DNA of 64,000 nt from Candidatus Altimarinota bacterium (GCA_965250085.1 OZ252287.1:1152001-1216000), one strand, 5' to 3'. Numbered from the stretch's first letter, positions 10,361 through 21,821 are shown. The notes: generated by a model not told the origin, from the sequence alone. Numbers and translations: made by a program.

Positions 10361-11380
10361 AAGGTTTTCAATGGCAAAGCGCCTATTCACGTTTGCTTGG
10401 AGTCTTTTTTTCGTGATCTCTGTTTTTTCGATCAGAGCAATAATCTCTTTGGCAGTATATTGTTTTCCCAAGAGGAGACTTCTTTCAAAAATTTTTTCTC
10501 TGAGAAGTGTTCTCAAAAAGTGCAAAAAACTTTCTAAAAATTCTAAGAGATCTTTCTCATTTTCTGGCTTCGCAAGAAAAGTCGCTTCCGCAAAGAGATC
10601 TTTCATATTTTTTTGTTGTAAAATACGTGCAAACTTTTCAAAAAGTGTATCTTGAGAGTGTACGAATTCTGTATCATGTACGAGTTTTAGAGCTCTTAAA
10701 GGTCTTCCTTGAGCGAGAGTGATGATTTTTTGCTGAGCTTCTTCAGAAATATCTGATTTTTCTTCCGCAAGAGTCTTTCTCAGAACAGAATTTGGAACAA
10801 GACTCATTTCTATAACACGAGTACGAGACACAATTGTGGGGAGCAAGCTTTCCTTATGAGTTGCCGTTAGTAGAAATATAGTGTTCCCTGGTGGTTCTTC
10901 CAATATTTTAAGCATGGTGTTCATCGCTCCTTCCGTCATCCGTTCTGCATCGCGAATAATACAGATTTTGTAGGAGCTTTCTGTTTTTTGCCACAGAGAT
11001 TTTGTAAATTCAATCGCATCTTCAACGCCAATCTGATTTGTTCTTTTTCCGGTTTTTTTACGATGACTCTGATCAAAATTTGAATATTCTGCTATCACCT
11101 CCAGGTTTTCTTCTTTCTCTTTTATCCAAAGCTTGTCGACAAGAGTGGTATCCGAATGTCTGGCATTTTTTATTCTCTGACACGCGTCACAGTTCCGGCA
11201 GAAATTTTTATGCTCACATTGCAGGAGCATGGCGAATCGTTTGGCGATTTCAAATTTACCAATTTCTTTGGGACCACAAAAAAGATACACCTGAGAAATA
11301 GCATTTTTTTCAAATTCTTCTTCAAGTCTTTCGAGTATTCTCTCATGACCGATAATACGCCAAGGGAACTTCATAGACAC
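10346..11380 (-). CDS. holB: DNA polymerase III delta-prime subunit
   Basis: IIGH, YLFCGPKEIGK, CxxC Zn motif, NTMLKILEEPP, LLPTIVSR. Confidence 0.93.
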   Translation of the reverse strand: MSMKFPWRIIGHERILERLEEEFEKNAISQVYLFCGPKEIGKFEIAKRFAMLLQCEHKNFCRNCDACQRIKNARHSDTTLVDKLWIKEKEENLEVIAEYSNFDQSHRKKTGKRTNQIGVEDAIEFTKSLWQKTESSYKICIIRDAERMTEGAMNTMLKILEEPPGNTIFLLTATHKESLLPTIVSRTRVIEMSLVPNSVLRKTLAEEKSDISEEAQQKIITLAQGRPLRALKLVHDTEFVHSQDTLFEKFARILQQKNMKDLFAEATFLAKPENEKDLLEFLESFLHFLRTLLREKIFERSLLLGKQYTAKEIIALIEKTEITKKRLQANVNRRFAIENLLLSV

Positions 11381-11478
11381 AAATTATAGATTATAAAGTG
11401 AAAAAACCAACTATAAAATACATATCGCAAGCGTACACTAATAATAATCAGCGAAATAATAAATATATAGGATATTTT

Positions 11479-12030
11479 CTACTGATTTCCTGCCCTTACC
11501 TTTTCCAAAAATTCATAGTAGGAAGATTCTACATCATTTTTCTCTTTCCATGTGCCATCCCTATTATAAGAGTACGGTTTGACTTCTTCTTTATTTATCA
11601 AATACCCAAAAAAATGTTCCTGATCTTTAACGCCTTCATAATATGCAAAAACGCTAATTTGATCTACTATTCCTTCCATAGATGGATGACCAGATGCATC
11701 ACGTTTAATAGCAATCATAGCGTGCCTGTTTCCTTTACTATCAAAAAAAGTATATTGGTAATCACAGGGAATCCCACGCTCTGATACGACAAATCCTCTT
11801 TCTTCAATGTAATCGACTAGTTCTTCAAAGTTCTCCACGCCAACCTCTATTGATCGAAGAGGAGGAACTTGCTCTTCCAAATTTACAGTATCACCTAAGA
11901 CATCAGAAGCTGCTTTCTTAGTAGTTTCTATCTGTCTTCCTGTAGATTCCGCGTTTTCTAAGTCGAGGTCACCACATCCAGTAACTGCTATACATCCAGC
12001 AACTACAAGTGATTTTAAGGATTCTTTCAT
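11479..12030 (-). CDS. Hypothetical lipoprotein
   Basis: Lipobox-like VTGC after hydrophobic leader. Confidence 0.7.
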   Translation of the reverse strand: MKESLKSLVVAGCIAVTGCGDLDLENAESTGRQIETTKKAASDVLGDTVNLEEQVPPLRSIEVGVENFEELVDYIEERGFVVSERGIPCDYQYTFFDSKGNRHAMIAIKRDASGHPSMEGIVDQISVFAYYEGVKDQEHFFGYLINKEEVKPYSYNRDGTWKEKNDVESSYYEFLEKVRAGNQ

Positions 12031-12054
12031 ACTAAAGTTCTAAAATAGATAGCC

Positions 12055-12084
12055 ATTGTATGAATATTTCTAGAATATTGTCAA
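12055..12084 (-). promoter_or_regulatory. Sigma70 promoter for lipoprotein gene
   Basis: TTGACA-N18-TACAAT on minus strand. Confidence 0.65.
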
Positions 12085-12178
12085 GAGCAAGTGCCAGTCA
12101 CCCGCCCACGGATGACGTGCGATCACTTCAAGGGAGGCAATTCCCACTCAACGAAAGATTGTTATAAAATAATAAGAC

Positions 12179-14773
12179 TTATTCTTCCAATTTCAATTTC
12201 GGAGTTTTTTTGGGAGCAGGTTCCCCAAGTTTCTTCTTCGATTCTTTTCCTTCAGTTTTTTCTGTTTCTTCAGAATCTTCTTTTGCTGGAGCAGGAAGAA
12301 GTGAAACATTAGAAACAAAATCTTCTTTAGCAAGTCTCATAAGGATAACGCCCTGCGTTGCACGTCCTTGAGAGGGTATCGCCTGTACTCCCAGGCGAAT
12401 TGCTTGTCCTGATTTGGCGACCAAAATCATATCACCTCCAAAATCAGAAGGGATGATTTTGGCACTTACAATACGCCCTGTTTTTTTGGTGATATTCGCT
12501 GTTTTGACCCCCGTTCCCCCACGTCCTTGTGCGCGATATTTGCTGACCTTAGTCATTTTTCCGAGGCCATTTTCCATGACGACCAAAAGCTCCATATGAG
12601 TATCTTCTTCTTGTACAATATTCATCCCCACGACTTCATCACTGTCTTTCAGGCGTATTCCACGTACTCCTGCAGCGCCACGCCCCATGGATCTCACATC
12701 TTCTTCTTTAAATCGTATACCCTTTCCATTTTTAGACACGATCATCACTTCATCATGTCCATGAGAGACGCGCACCCATTTGAGGAGTTCGTCTCTTTTT
12801 AGTTTTATAGCGATAATTCCATTTTTTCGAACATTTTGAAAGAGCTTCAGGGCTGTTTTTTTGACCGTTCCTCCAGTGGTGCACATAAACAAATCAGAGC
12901 CTTCTGCATCAGTAAAATTGAGAACTTCAGTAACGACTTCTTCTTCTCCAAGTTGCAAAAAGTTCACAACGGCTTGCCCTTTAGCCACGCGAGAGGCTTG
13001 AGGAATTTCGTATGCAGGAAGTTTGAACACACGCCCCTTGCTGGTAAAAAATAGAAGATCATTATGATTTTTGGTAAAGAGAACAATTTTCATTTCATCT
13101 TCACTTTTCTTGGTCGATCCCATGAGTCCTTTTCCTCCTCGGCCTTGAGCTTTGTATGCGCTTGTAGGCATTCGTTTGATATATCCATTTTCAGTAATAG
13201 CGATCAACACACGCTCATTAGGGATAGTATCTTTGGCGCTAAATTTTCCAAGAGCATAAGGGATGATTTCTGTCTTACGAGGATTTGCATATTTCTCTTT
13301 TACTGCCTTCAGCTCGTCAGTAATGATGAACACAACACGTTCTGGTTTTTTCAAAATATCTTTGCACTCTTTTATAAAATCTAACTTTTCTTTGAGTTCA
13401 TCCAAGATCTTTTGCTGTTCGAGTCCAGCAAGTGTCTGAAGTCTCATAGCGAGGATGGCACTTGCTTGAGGATCAGTAAATTTAAATTTTTTAATAAGAT
13501 TTTCTTTCGCAATTTCTTTTGTTTTACTCGCTCGAATGAGCTTAATAATTTCATCAATATTTTCAATCGCTTTTTTGAGACCTTCCAAAATATGAGCTCT
13601 CGCTTCTGCAATACGAAGATCATATTCTGTGCGCCTTTTAATGACCTCTTTTCTGTGACCAATAAATTCCTCAAGCATGCTCTTGAGGTCAAAAAGTCGA
13701 GGTTGCGTGCCACGATCTCCAAGCGCAATAAAATTGCATCCAAATGATGTTTGCAGTTGCGTGAGTTTAAAAATTTGATTGAGTACTTTGTTTGGGAATG
13801 CATCTCTTCTGAGTTCAATAACAACTCTGATGCCATCTTTGTTCGATTCATCAGTAATATTGGTGATTCCTTGGAGGGTCTTATTTCGTACCAGATCTGC
13901 AATTTTTTCTACCAAATTTGCCTTATTGACCTGATATGGGAGTTCATAAATAACAATTCTGTGTTTTCCTTTGACTTCCTCTATTTCTGCTTTTCCTCTC
14001 ATCACAATACTTCCGCGGCCGGAAGCATATGCCTGACGAATAGCAGAAATGTCATAAATAACTCCTGCAGTTGGAAAATCAGGTCCTTTGATATGCTCCA
14101 TAATAGAGTCAATTTCTGCATCAGGATTGCTCAAAATATGCAATGTGCCGTCAATAAGCTCTCCGAGATTATGAGGAGGAATATTGGTGGCCATTCCAAC
14201 AGCGATTCCCATGCCACCATTCAGGAGCAGGTTTGGAACTTTTGTTGGAAGAGTAGTTGGCTCTTGAAACGCTCCATCGTAATTATCTCTAAAATCTACT
14301 GTTTCTTTTTCCAAATCAGCGAGCATTTCATCGGATAGGGTTTCCATTTTGGCTTCTGTATATCGCATTGCAGCTGGTCGGTCTCCGTCAATAGATCCAA
14401 AGTTTCCCTGACCACGAACAAGACGATGACGCATAGAAAAATCCTGTGCCATACGCACCATGGCTTCATACACAGCAGTATCTCCATGGGGATGGTATTT
14501 TCCTATGACTTCTCCTACCACACGTGCCGACTTTACGGATTTTGCCCGAGCCGTAATACCCATTTTATGCATGGCATACAAAATCCTTCTATGCACTGGC
14601 TTGAGCCCATCTCGTACGTCAGGAAGAGCCCTGGAAACAATGACGCTCATTGCGTAGTCCAAATAACTCTCTTCCATTTCTACCACTATTTCACGAGAGA
14701 TAGATGAAGTAAGAAGACTTGCACTCGACTCGTTTTTTTCCTCGTTTGAAGCAGGTGAAACAGTATCACTCAT
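12179..14773 (-). CDS. gyrA: DNA gyrase subunit A
   Basis: [29 protein letters not shown], GyrA-box QGRGGKG. Confidence 0.99.
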   Translation of the reverse strand: MSDTVSPASNEEKNESSASLLTSSISREIVVEMEESYLDYAMSVIVSRALPDVRDGLKPVHRRILYAMHKMGITARAKSVKSARVVGEVIGKYHPHGDTAVYEAMVRMAQDFSMRHRLVRGQGNFGSIDGDRPAAMRYTEAKMETLSDEMLADLEKETVDFRDNYDGAFQEPTTLPTKVPNLLLNGGMGIAVGMATNIPPHNLGELIDGTLHILSNPDAEIDSIMEHIKGPDFPTAGVIYDISAIRQAYASGRGSIVMRGKAEIEEVKGKHRIVIYELPYQVNKANLVEKIADLVRNKTLQGITNITDESNKDGIRVVIELRRDAFPNKVLNQIFKLTQLQTSFGCNFIALGDRGTQPRLFDLKSMLEEFIGHRKEVIKRRTEYDLRIAEARAHILEGLKKAIENIDEIIKLIRASKTKEIAKENLIKKFKFTDPQASAILAMRLQTLAGLEQQKILDELKEKLDFIKECKDILKKPERVVFIITDELKAVKEKYANPRKTEIIPYALGKFSAKDTIPNERVLIAITENGYIKRMPTSAYKAQGRGGKGLMGSTKKSEDEMKIVLFTKNHNDLLFFTSKGRVFKLPAYEIPQASRVAKGQAVVNFLQLGEEEVVTEVLNFTDAEGSDLFMCTTGGTVKKTALKLFQNVRKNGIIAIKLKRDELLKWVRVSHGHDEVMIVSKNGKGIRFKEEDVRSMGRGAAGVRGIRLKDSDEVVGMNIVQEEDTHMELLVVMENGLGKMTKVSKYRAQGRGGTGVKTANITKKTGRIVSAKIIPSDFGGDMILVAKSGQAIRLGVQAIPSQGRATQGVILMRLAKEDFVSNVSLLPAPAKEDSEETEKTEGKESKKKLGEPAPKKTPKLKLEE

Positions 14774-14876
14774 AAAGTCCTGGAGGGGCAAAAGATCGCA
14801 AGGATTTTAGCAGAAACAAGAGCAAAAAACCAAGAGTTTTTAGTGAGAAATAAACATTTTTCAAAACCACAAAAAT

Positions 14877-16592
14877 CTAAGGAGTAGGTGTTTGGAAAAA
14901 AGGATCTCCACTACCGCTACCGTTTGCTTCAGGAGGGATAGAACACTCTACGGGTTTACAGACTTCAGATATATTTGTAAAGCCTAGGACTGAGCTTTCA
15001 GAGCCAGAAAATGTTACCGGTCCTGCAGAGCAAGTGACGCTGAATGACTGCGGAGCACATTCCGAAACAGAAAGACTCTGAGCACATCCATTTCCCTGAA
15101 TATCGAAAGCGAAAGGACTTCTCCAGACATGACTATCATTCTGTATAAATCCTTCAAATTGACAGGTTTGTCCATCAGGAACAGAAAAAGTAAGAGTTGA
15201 GCCACCACAATTTTCAGTACCAAAGTTGCAGGACATATCACTACAGACACCATCTCTTTTTCCATCATCACTTGGACCCATTTCAAATCCTTCTATACGA
15301 GGACTCGCTCCTCCTGCAAGCACCGCGCACACTCCGCCTCCTCCACCACAGTCACTTCCTACGCCCCCTGTCCACTCTGGAGGACAAGAAGCAGTCGTGT
15401 CTTTAAGGCAGGCGGGGATAGGACCCCCCTGAAAAGGCCCCCCGGCCTCCATTTGTACAGTCATGTTTGTAAATACCCAACCCTCTGGAGAGCATCCCAC
15501 GTTATTTCCCGGACCATAGCACTTGGTATTTCCAAGCTCCAAAAAGAGTCCAGATCCTGTATCAATAACATCTGGAGCAGGACTCAATGTGTGAGAATTT
15601 GAAAAAACTTCGCTTGTCTGAGTATTGGTTATTTCAAAAGAAAGAACACCACTTTCAGCGCTATAAGTAGTATTAATGTGATATTTGGTATTAGAGTTCC
15701 AAGTTGTAGGAAAATCATATTCTCCTGGAACAACAGGATTTACCTTTGTATTTCCAGCCATTTTTGCTTTCACACTCGTAATGTAGCCACCCCAAATCTT
15801 TGGTGGCCAATTTTCTCCGGGAATTAATTTAAAAATCATATAGGAATCCAGACTCTGGTTTATATTGCCGGTTGTCATATCAAAATCGACTATAATATTT
15901 TTATAGTATTTTTGAGGTTCAACACTCTCTATACGCACCCTCTTTTCTTGGCCACCTGTCCAAGAGCTCTCCCAAGACCAATTGACATTTGTTGTCGCAG
16001 GAAGACCTCCAAATGGAATATCCCCACCTGCACATTCAGAGAGATCTTCCCTTTGGCAATATTGACCATTCCATGAGTATCCATCAGCACAATTTCCATC
16101 GCCACCTCCGAGAGTGCAACTTTCTCCATCAAAGCCATACCCAGCACCGGTATCACATGACACGCAGTATGTAAGGGCACCAGTACATCCAAAGGCACCC
16201 TGATCTCCGAGAGGTGTTTCCCCTTCATCAAGTTTAAAAGTACAACCCTCTCCTCCGGCATCGCGACATGCAGTAGGACTGGTACAATTGCCAGAAGTGA
16301 TATCGCCTTCCCATGAATATCCTTCACTACACCGAACACATTGACTCTCTGCTGAACATGAAGCATTGGCAAGAGTGTCACTTATAAGTATTTCTCCAGA
16401 AGCAATATCAGAGCTGCATCCATTTCCTCCTGCAGCAATGCATTCAAGGCCATCTTCACTCGCAGTATCAGCTCGCAGGGTATTTGAATCTTCTTCCCCG
16501 ATACCAAAATATTTATTATTCAGAAAGATACCACCAGCAAAAAGGAATACGATCAGAACAAGTATAAGAGCAGTACGATGAGAAGAATGCAT
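14877..16592 (-). CDS. Membrane-anchored Cys/Gly-rich extracellular protein A
   Basis: N-terminal TM helix, many Cys-rich repeats; paralogue of 16659-18893. Confidence 0.85.
   Translation of the reverse strand: MHSSHRTALILVLIVFLFAGGIFLNNKYFGIGEEDSNTLRADTASEDGLECIAAGGNGCSSDIASGEILISDTLANASCSAESQCVRCSEGYSWEGDITSGNCTSPTACRDAGGEGCTFKLDEGETPLGDQGAFGCTGALTYCVSCDTGAGYGFDGESCTLGGGDGNCADGYSWNGQYCQREDLSECAGGDIPFGGLPATTNVNWSWESSWTGGQEKRVRIESVEPQKYYKNIIVDFDMTTGNINQSLDSYMIFKLIPGENWPPKIWGGYITSVKAKMAGNTKVNPVVPGEYDFPTTWNSNTKYHINTTYSAESGVLSFEITNTQTSEVFSNSHTLSPAPDVIDTGSGLFLELGNTKCYGPGNNVGCSPEGWVFTNMTVQMEAGGPFQGGPIPACLKDTTASCPPEWTGGVGSDCGGGGGVCAVLAGGASPRIEGFEMGPSDDGKRDGVCSDMSCNFGTENCGGSTLTFSVPDGQTCQFEGFIQNDSHVWRSPFAFDIQGNGCAQSLSVSECAPQSFSVTCSAGPVTFSGSESSVLGFTNISEVCKPVECSIPPEANGSGSGDPFFQTPTP
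16044..16592 (-). repeat. ~549-bp direct repeat, copy 1 (copy 2 at 18345-18893)
   Basis: Base-by-base match at offset 2301, about nine substitutions by eye. Confidence 0.95.
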
Positions 16593-16658
16593 ATCTTAAA
16601 AAAAAGATACTCCAGAAATATTATAGACCTTTTTATAAAGTGCACAATCACTAATGAC

Positions 16659-18893
16659 TCATCCTCCTCCTGTCTGTTGAATTCCATTTTGATTCCACAC
16701 AAAATGATAAATCAGGCTTCCTCCGGGAAGGAGACGACAAGTGCCATTAAACGACGCGACATCATACTCACCATCGAGACCACTTGTTTTGACACAAATT
16801 TCATTTCCAACTCTTCTTACTTGTACAGCAGTTGGATAATTCTCTGTTACTGTTCTGCTCAAAAAATGAAGCTTTCTGTCGGATTTCGTATAAAATGCAG
16901 CAACGGTTGCTCCTCCTTTGGGGCTTGTAACTTTTGTCCAGGTATCATCATCCCCAAGCCACACAGCAATTCCTTCAGAGGTTCTATAAAATGTCCAACT
17001 GCCAAATGGCTTAAAATCACTTATCCATGAAATAATTTCATCCCGATGTGATGATCCATTAGAGGCAATAAAATCCTTTAATTTTTGACGCTCACTGCTG
17101 GTAAGCCCAACTTTTTCTGGAGGGATAGCTTTAGGCTGAGCACTACCATTTGTTATAGAAACGCCATATGAACGTATAGAAGCTCTGAGTCCTCCATAAA
17201 ATCCAAGATTTACATCAAGAGGACTCACCGTTCCTACTGAATTTCCAAGCGCGATTGCCAACATTTTTGATTGCAAACCACTTCCTCTTCCACAGCTGCT
17301 GTTGACGTAATTTCTCCTTCCAGGGATGGCCACAGCTGGACTTGATCGCGATGACTCACTGGAATCTTTGATATTATTGGGATCAGAATCCCCGTTCTGA
17401 CGATGCGTGCAATCAATACCAGATGCGCCAGAGCCATGAGTCCCTAATGATAAAAAAGCCCAATAAGCCCTCAAGACCTTTGACATATCTTTCGCAAGAT
17501 TTGAATGTCCTTGATCTTGAGCATGATTGAGGACAGTAATCTGACTTCCGGTATTGAGTGACTGATATGTATTTGACCCCATTTCTTTCCCCTCAAATCC
17601 ATATTTATTTCCAAGCCAGACATCTGTGTATTGCTCAAACCAACTCGGATCATTGTCGAGTAAGTATCGGACTGTACTCCAGGTCACGGTATGGTTTTCA
17701 GATCCACCACCCTGAAACATATTGAGCGGTGAACCTCTTGCATTTTTCTTGTGATCATCTACCCAAGCTTTTACTGCTGGATCATTCTCGTAATGACCAT
17801 CTTGTATAAGAGCAAGAGTTCTAAATCCGCAATCATTCAGTTCACTACAGTTTGTTGGAATACCACCATCATAGCTCCCACCGCCACTTACTCCCCCACT
17901 AAGCTCACCACCGCTTCCATCGTTGGAACATGATGTCGGCTTACAAGCCTCAGAGATATTCGTCATATTTAGCACTGAGCTTTCAGAACCGGAAAATGTT
18001 ACAGGACCAGAAGAGCAGGTAACGCTGAATGACTGTGGACCACATTCCGAAACAGAAAGACTCTGAGTACATCCATTTCCATGGATATCAAAGGTGAGAG
18101 GATTTCTCCAGACACGGGTGTCACTTTGAATAAATCCTTCAAATTGACAGGTTTGTCCATTTGGAACAGAAAGAGTGATCGTTGAGCCACCGCAGCTTTC
18201 AGTGCCAAAGTTGCAGACCATATCACTACAAAGCCCGTCACCCCCTGAGTCACCAGAACTCATAGGAGATCCATCTGGACGAGGAGGGTGTCCGCTTTGA
18301 AATACTCCACAAAGTCCACCTCCGGACAGAGAATTACTCAACCTATCTTCCCTTTGGCAATATTGGCCATTCCATGAGTAGCCATCAGCACAATTTCCAT
18401 CGCCACCTCCGAGAGTGCAACTTTCTCCATCAAAGCCATACCCAGCACCGGTATCACATGACACGCAGTATGTAAGGGCACCAGTACATCCAAAGGCACC
18501 CTGATCTCCGAGAGGTGTTTCCCCCTCATCAAGTTTAAAAGTACAACCCTCTCCTCCGGCATCGCGACATGCAGTAGGACTGGTACAATTGCCAGAAGTG
18601 ATGTCACCTTCCCATGAATATCCTTCACTACACCGAACACATTGACTCTCTGCTGAACATGAAGCATTGGCAAGAGTGTCACTTATAAGTATTTCTCCAG
18701 AAGCAATATCAGAGCTGCATCCATTTCCTCCTGCAGCAATGCATTCAAGGCCATCTTCACTCGCAGTATCAGCTCGCAGGGTATTTGAATCTTCTTCCCC
18801 GATACCAAAATATTTATTATTCAGAAAGATACCACCGGCAAAAAAGAATACGATCAGAACAAGTATAAGAGCAGTACGATGAGAAGAGTTCAT
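16659..18893 (-). CDS. Membrane-anchored Cys/Gly-rich extracellular protein B
   Basis: First ~183 aa nearly identical to protein A; unique ~410-aa C-terminal domain. Confidence 0.85.
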   Translation of the reverse strand: MNSSHRTALILVLIVFFFAGGIFLNNKYFGIGEEDSNTLRADTASEDGLECIAAGGNGCSSDIASGEILISDTLANASCSAESQCVRCSEGYSWEGDITSGNCTSPTACRDAGGEGCTFKLDEGETPLGDQGAFGCTGALTYCVSCDTGAGYGFDGESCTLGGGDGNCADGYSWNGQYCQREDRLSNSLSGGGLCGVFQSGHPPRPDGSPMSSGDSGGDGLCSDMVCNFGTESCGGSTITLSVPNGQTCQFEGFIQSDTRVWRNPLTFDIHGNGCTQSLSVSECGPQSFSVTCSSGPVTFSGSESSVLNMTNISEACKPTSCSNDGSGGELSGGVSGGGSYDGGIPTNCSELNDCGFRTLALIQDGHYENDPAVKAWVDDHKKNARGSPLNMFQGGGSENHTVTWSTVRYLLDNDPSWFEQYTDVWLGNKYGFEGKEMGSNTYQSLNTGSQITVLNHAQDQGHSNLAKDMSKVLRAYWAFLSLGTHGSGASGIDCTHRQNGDSDPNNIKDSSESSRSSPAVAIPGRRNYVNSSCGRGSGLQSKMLAIALGNSVGTVSPLDVNLGFYGGLRASIRSYGVSITNGSAQPKAIPPEKVGLTSSERQKLKDFIASNGSSHRDEIISWISDFKPFGSWTFYRTSEGIAVWLGDDDTWTKVTSPKGGATVAAFYTKSDRKLHFLSRTVTENYPTAVQVRRVGNEICVKTSGLDGEYDVASFNGTCRLLPGGSLIYHFVWNQNGIQQTGGG
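18345..18893 (-). repeat. ~549-bp direct repeat, copy 2
   Basis: Matches 16044-16592. Confidence 0.95.
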
Positions 18894-18985
18894 ACAAAAG
18901 AGGGATCAGGAGTGGTCAAATTGTATCATAGCTTTTTCTCAAAATTTTGCAATCTATGGATTGTAAATTGAAACGGTCCCTTTAT

Positions 18986-20431
18986 TTATTCCGGAGTGAC
19001 GACACGAAGAGTATTATATGCAAGATCAACGCTTGGTTCCTTTCCAAATTGAGTAAGGATGCTTTCTGTTACACGAGTGATGGCACCTCTCCGACCTCGT
19101 ACAGGAGCATCAAAACGCAAAATGAATTCAAGGCCGCTGTCGGCAATGTTCATGTAGACCAGACATCCTTTTGATTCAGAAGCAGTATAAAACTGTGAAG
19201 TTCGCCTTCTATACTGATGTCTCTCTCTTTGAGAATATTCTCCCGTTTCCTCTTCCAAAATATTTTCCAAAATCTCTTTTGCCTTTTTCCAATCGCTTTC
19301 AAAAGTAATTTGTAATTTTACTTCCGTTTTCAAGTAATCAGAGGTGCGATTATAATTTGTGACGGGATAGAGCAGGAACGAGGAATTGGGCATAAACAGG
19401 ACTTTCCCAGTATGTCCCGCTTCTGAAGATCCGAGGCGTTGTCCATCTGTACTCCCTCCAGGTTTTCCCACTTCCAGGAGAGTAGTTCTCAATACTCCCA
19501 CATCTACGACATCACCAGTGACACCGTTGATAAAGATGCGATCTCCTACAGAAAAGCGCCCCTGGAGTACCATCAACCATCCCACAATATCTTTGACGAC
19601 GTCCTGTAAAGCAACGACCAATCCCGCACCAACGATTGCAAATGAAGCTATAAAATTTGGATTTTCTGCAAAGACCTGTGTCAGAATCCACAGGATAAAA
19701 ATAGTGTAGAGAAAAGTGTTAAATATCTTGCTGACTGCGTACCGTTGGTGAAGGTGTGAAATGCGAGAAATAATAAATTTCCCAACCAATTTTTGAATTC
19801 CGAGAAGAAGAAGAAAGATTACTATGTATTTTCCAAAAACCAAAAAATTCTTCAATTGTTTCTCAAATTGCTGACCCCTCAGTGCATCCAATTTGTCTTG
19901 TTGTACAGAGATAAGTGACTTCATTACATCAATACGCTCTTCAAGAATTGCTTTTTTCCCCAGGATGTCAGCATAGCGAGTACGAATACCCTCATCATCT
20001 TTGACTCCAGGAATCAATCGGCCTTCAAAAAAATATGTATCTTGTTCTTCTTGTAAAAGAAGTTCTAAGTCTGCGGTTTGGTCTTCAAGGCGTTTTTCGA
20101 GTGCTTCAATAATATCGCGCTGTTTTTCAATGGAATCCGCATCTTCTCTCAAGTTTTCTTCCACAGACGCGTTGATGGATTCCCAAATATCAGTTTCTAT
20201 GAGGTCTCTGAGTGCACCTCGTTCTTCTTCAATGAGAGCCTCTATTCTGGGATCCTTTGGCTCACTCGCCAAAAAATCTTCATACAATTCTACCAATTCC
20301 GACCGATCAATCTGGACTTCTTCTTCCAGTGAAGAAGTCTGAGCAAATCCTAGTGGCACAACAAAAATACTCAGAGCGATCACTCCAAATATGATTTTTG
20401 CCGCATATTTTTTCAGGAATTCAGAATTCAT
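18986..20431 (-). CDS. mscS: MscS-family mechanosensitive channel with extracellular coiled coil
   Basis: GAGLVVALQD, FSVGDRI, GDVVDVG, PNS motifs. Confidence 0.9.
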   Translation of the reverse strand: MNSEFLKKYAAKIIFGVIALSIFVVPLGFAQTSSLEEEVQIDRSELVELYEDFLASEPKDPRIEALIEEERGALRDLIETDIWESINASVEENLREDADSIEKQRDIIEALEKRLEDQTADLELLLQEEQDTYFFEGRLIPGVKDDEGIRTRYADILGKKAILEERIDVMKSLISVQQDKLDALRGQQFEKQLKNFLVFGKYIVIFLLLLGIQKLVGKFIISRISHLHQRYAVSKIFNTFLYTIFILWILTQVFAENPNFIASFAIVGAGLVVALQDVVKDIVGWLMVLQGRFSVGDRIFINGVTGDVVDVGVLRTTLLEVGKPGGSTDGQRLGSSEAGHTGKVLFMPNSSFLLYPVTNYNRTSDYLKTEVKLQITFESDWKKAKEILENILEEETGEYSQRERHQYRRRTSQFYTASESKGCLVYMNIADSGLEFILRFDAPVRGRRGAITRVTESILTQFGKEPSVDLAYNTLRVVTPE

Positions 20432-20444
20432 AAATTTAAAATTG

Positions 20445-21368
20445 TTACATACATCCTCGTATCTCTTCTAAACTCTTTACACCATTTTTTTTCATCCATG
20501 TAGTCATTTCGTCAGTCATTTTTGCAAACCCATTTACATCCCGATAATACACCATTGTCCCCACTCCTACCAAGGTGGCACCCGCCATGATCATTTCAAT
20601 AGCGTCTTCGCCAGAAGTGACTCCTCCAGTGCCGATAATAGGAATCTTTACTGCTTTGGCAATGTCATAAACAGCCTTCAGTGCTATTGGAAACAATCCC
20701 GGACCAGAAACACCTCCTGTTTTGTTGGAAAGTACTGGAGTCTTCATTTGTACATTGATTCTCATACCGGGCATGGTATTGATAGCAGTAATGCCATCTG
20801 CGCCGGCATTTTCACACGCTTTGGCGATTTCTGCGATATTGGGCACATTTGGTGAAAGTTTGATCACAATAGGAACATTGTTTGCTTTTGTTTTTACATA
20901 TCTGGTGACTTCTGCTGCATCACTAATGTCACAAGCAAATGGTCTTCCCAATTCATCTTCTACATTGGGACATGAAATATTAATTTCCAGAAGATCAGGC
21001 TCCAGTTTGGCGATTTCTTCCGCTACTTCTCCAAAATCTGATTTTTTCGCCGCCACAATATTGGCAATAAGTGGCGCTTTTCTTTCGGGAAGATATGCTC
21101 CTAGTTCTTCTTTTGCTTTCTGGACGCCGGCATCAGAAAGCCCCACAGCATTTAAAAAATACTCTGGATATCCCACCATGGTGGGACTTGGATGACCTGG
21201 GTGAGGCTCGAGCCAGAGGCTTTTGGTGGTAATACCTCCTGCTCCTGCTCGCACCGTATGATGGAACGAGTCTCCGGTAACTCCCAAAATGCCACTAGCG
21301 AGCACCAGTGGGTTTTTGAATTTTATGCCGCAAAAATGAGTCTCTAGAGTCAAAAGATTGAGTGTCAA
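20445..21368 (-). CDS. pyrD: Dihydroorotate dehydrogenase family 1
   Basis: NPLVLASG, EINISCPN, KLSPN, INT, GGVSG, IIGTGGV. Confidence 0.96.
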   Translation of the reverse strand: MTLNLLTLETHFCGIKFKNPLVLASGILGVTGDSFHHTVRAGAGGITTKSLWLEPHPGHPSPTMVGYPEYFLNAVGLSDAGVQKAKEELGAYLPERKAPLIANIVAAKKSDFGEVAEEIAKLEPDLLEINISCPNVEDELGRPFACDISDAAEVTRYVKTKANNVPIVIKLSPNVPNIAEIAKACENAGADGITAINTMPGMRINVQMKTPVLSNKTGGVSGPGLFPIALKAVYDIAKAVKIPIIGTGGVTSGEDAIEMIMAGATLVGVGTMVYYRDVNGFAKMTDEMTTWMKKNGVKSLEEIRGCM

Positions 21369-21443
21369 AAGTTTTGCAGAACAATTTTAATGCTTTCTGA
21401 AATGAATAGAAAGAAATTCAGAATATTTGCAGAGAATTACACC

Positions 21444-21809
21444 CTACAAACGCAAAAGATCGAGCATTTTTACCCGAACTGGAGACATGTGTGGAATCAA
21501 ATATCTCGTATGAACCATCCGATCATGATCGGATAGATCTGGAGTGTCAGGAATCCTAACAAGCTCCCTTTCCAGTGCTCCTGTACGGACAAGATCTTCC
21601 AGAACCGGCACCAATTCTTCTGCGCGCATTGGATTCGGAAGACGGTTCGCTGTCAGCATCGCATCACCTATGCACCCCAGGCTCCAAATTGTCTGCAATA
21701 CGGTATCACGAAACGCCTGATCTGCGATGAGTGCATTACTCTCTTCGATTCCTGAACAATCAGCGGGGTCAGATTCCAAAGTCGATGGCGATTCTTTTGC
21801 GTCTAACAT
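21444..21809 (-). CDS. Hypothetical protein (possible winged-helix fold)
   Basis: 121-aa ORF co-oriented with neighbours. Confidence 0.6.
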   Translation of the reverse strand: MLDAKESPSTLESDPADCSGIEESNALIADQAFRDTVLQTIWSLGCIGDAMLTANRLPNPMRAEELVPVLEDLVRTGALERELVRIPDTPDLSDHDRMVHTRYLIPHMSPVRVKMLDLLRL

Positions 21810-21821
21810 CGTGGTTTATGG

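Noticed and set aside
5214-14707. Numerous antisense or alternative-frame ORFs within ctpA, purH, recJ and gyrA
   Set aside because: Shadow ORFs of well-supported genes, with no motifs.
14877-18893. Diversity-generating retroelement (TR/VR pair, Avd-like gene in window)
   Set aside because: Differences between the repeats are few and not adenine-specific, and no reverse transcriptase is present.
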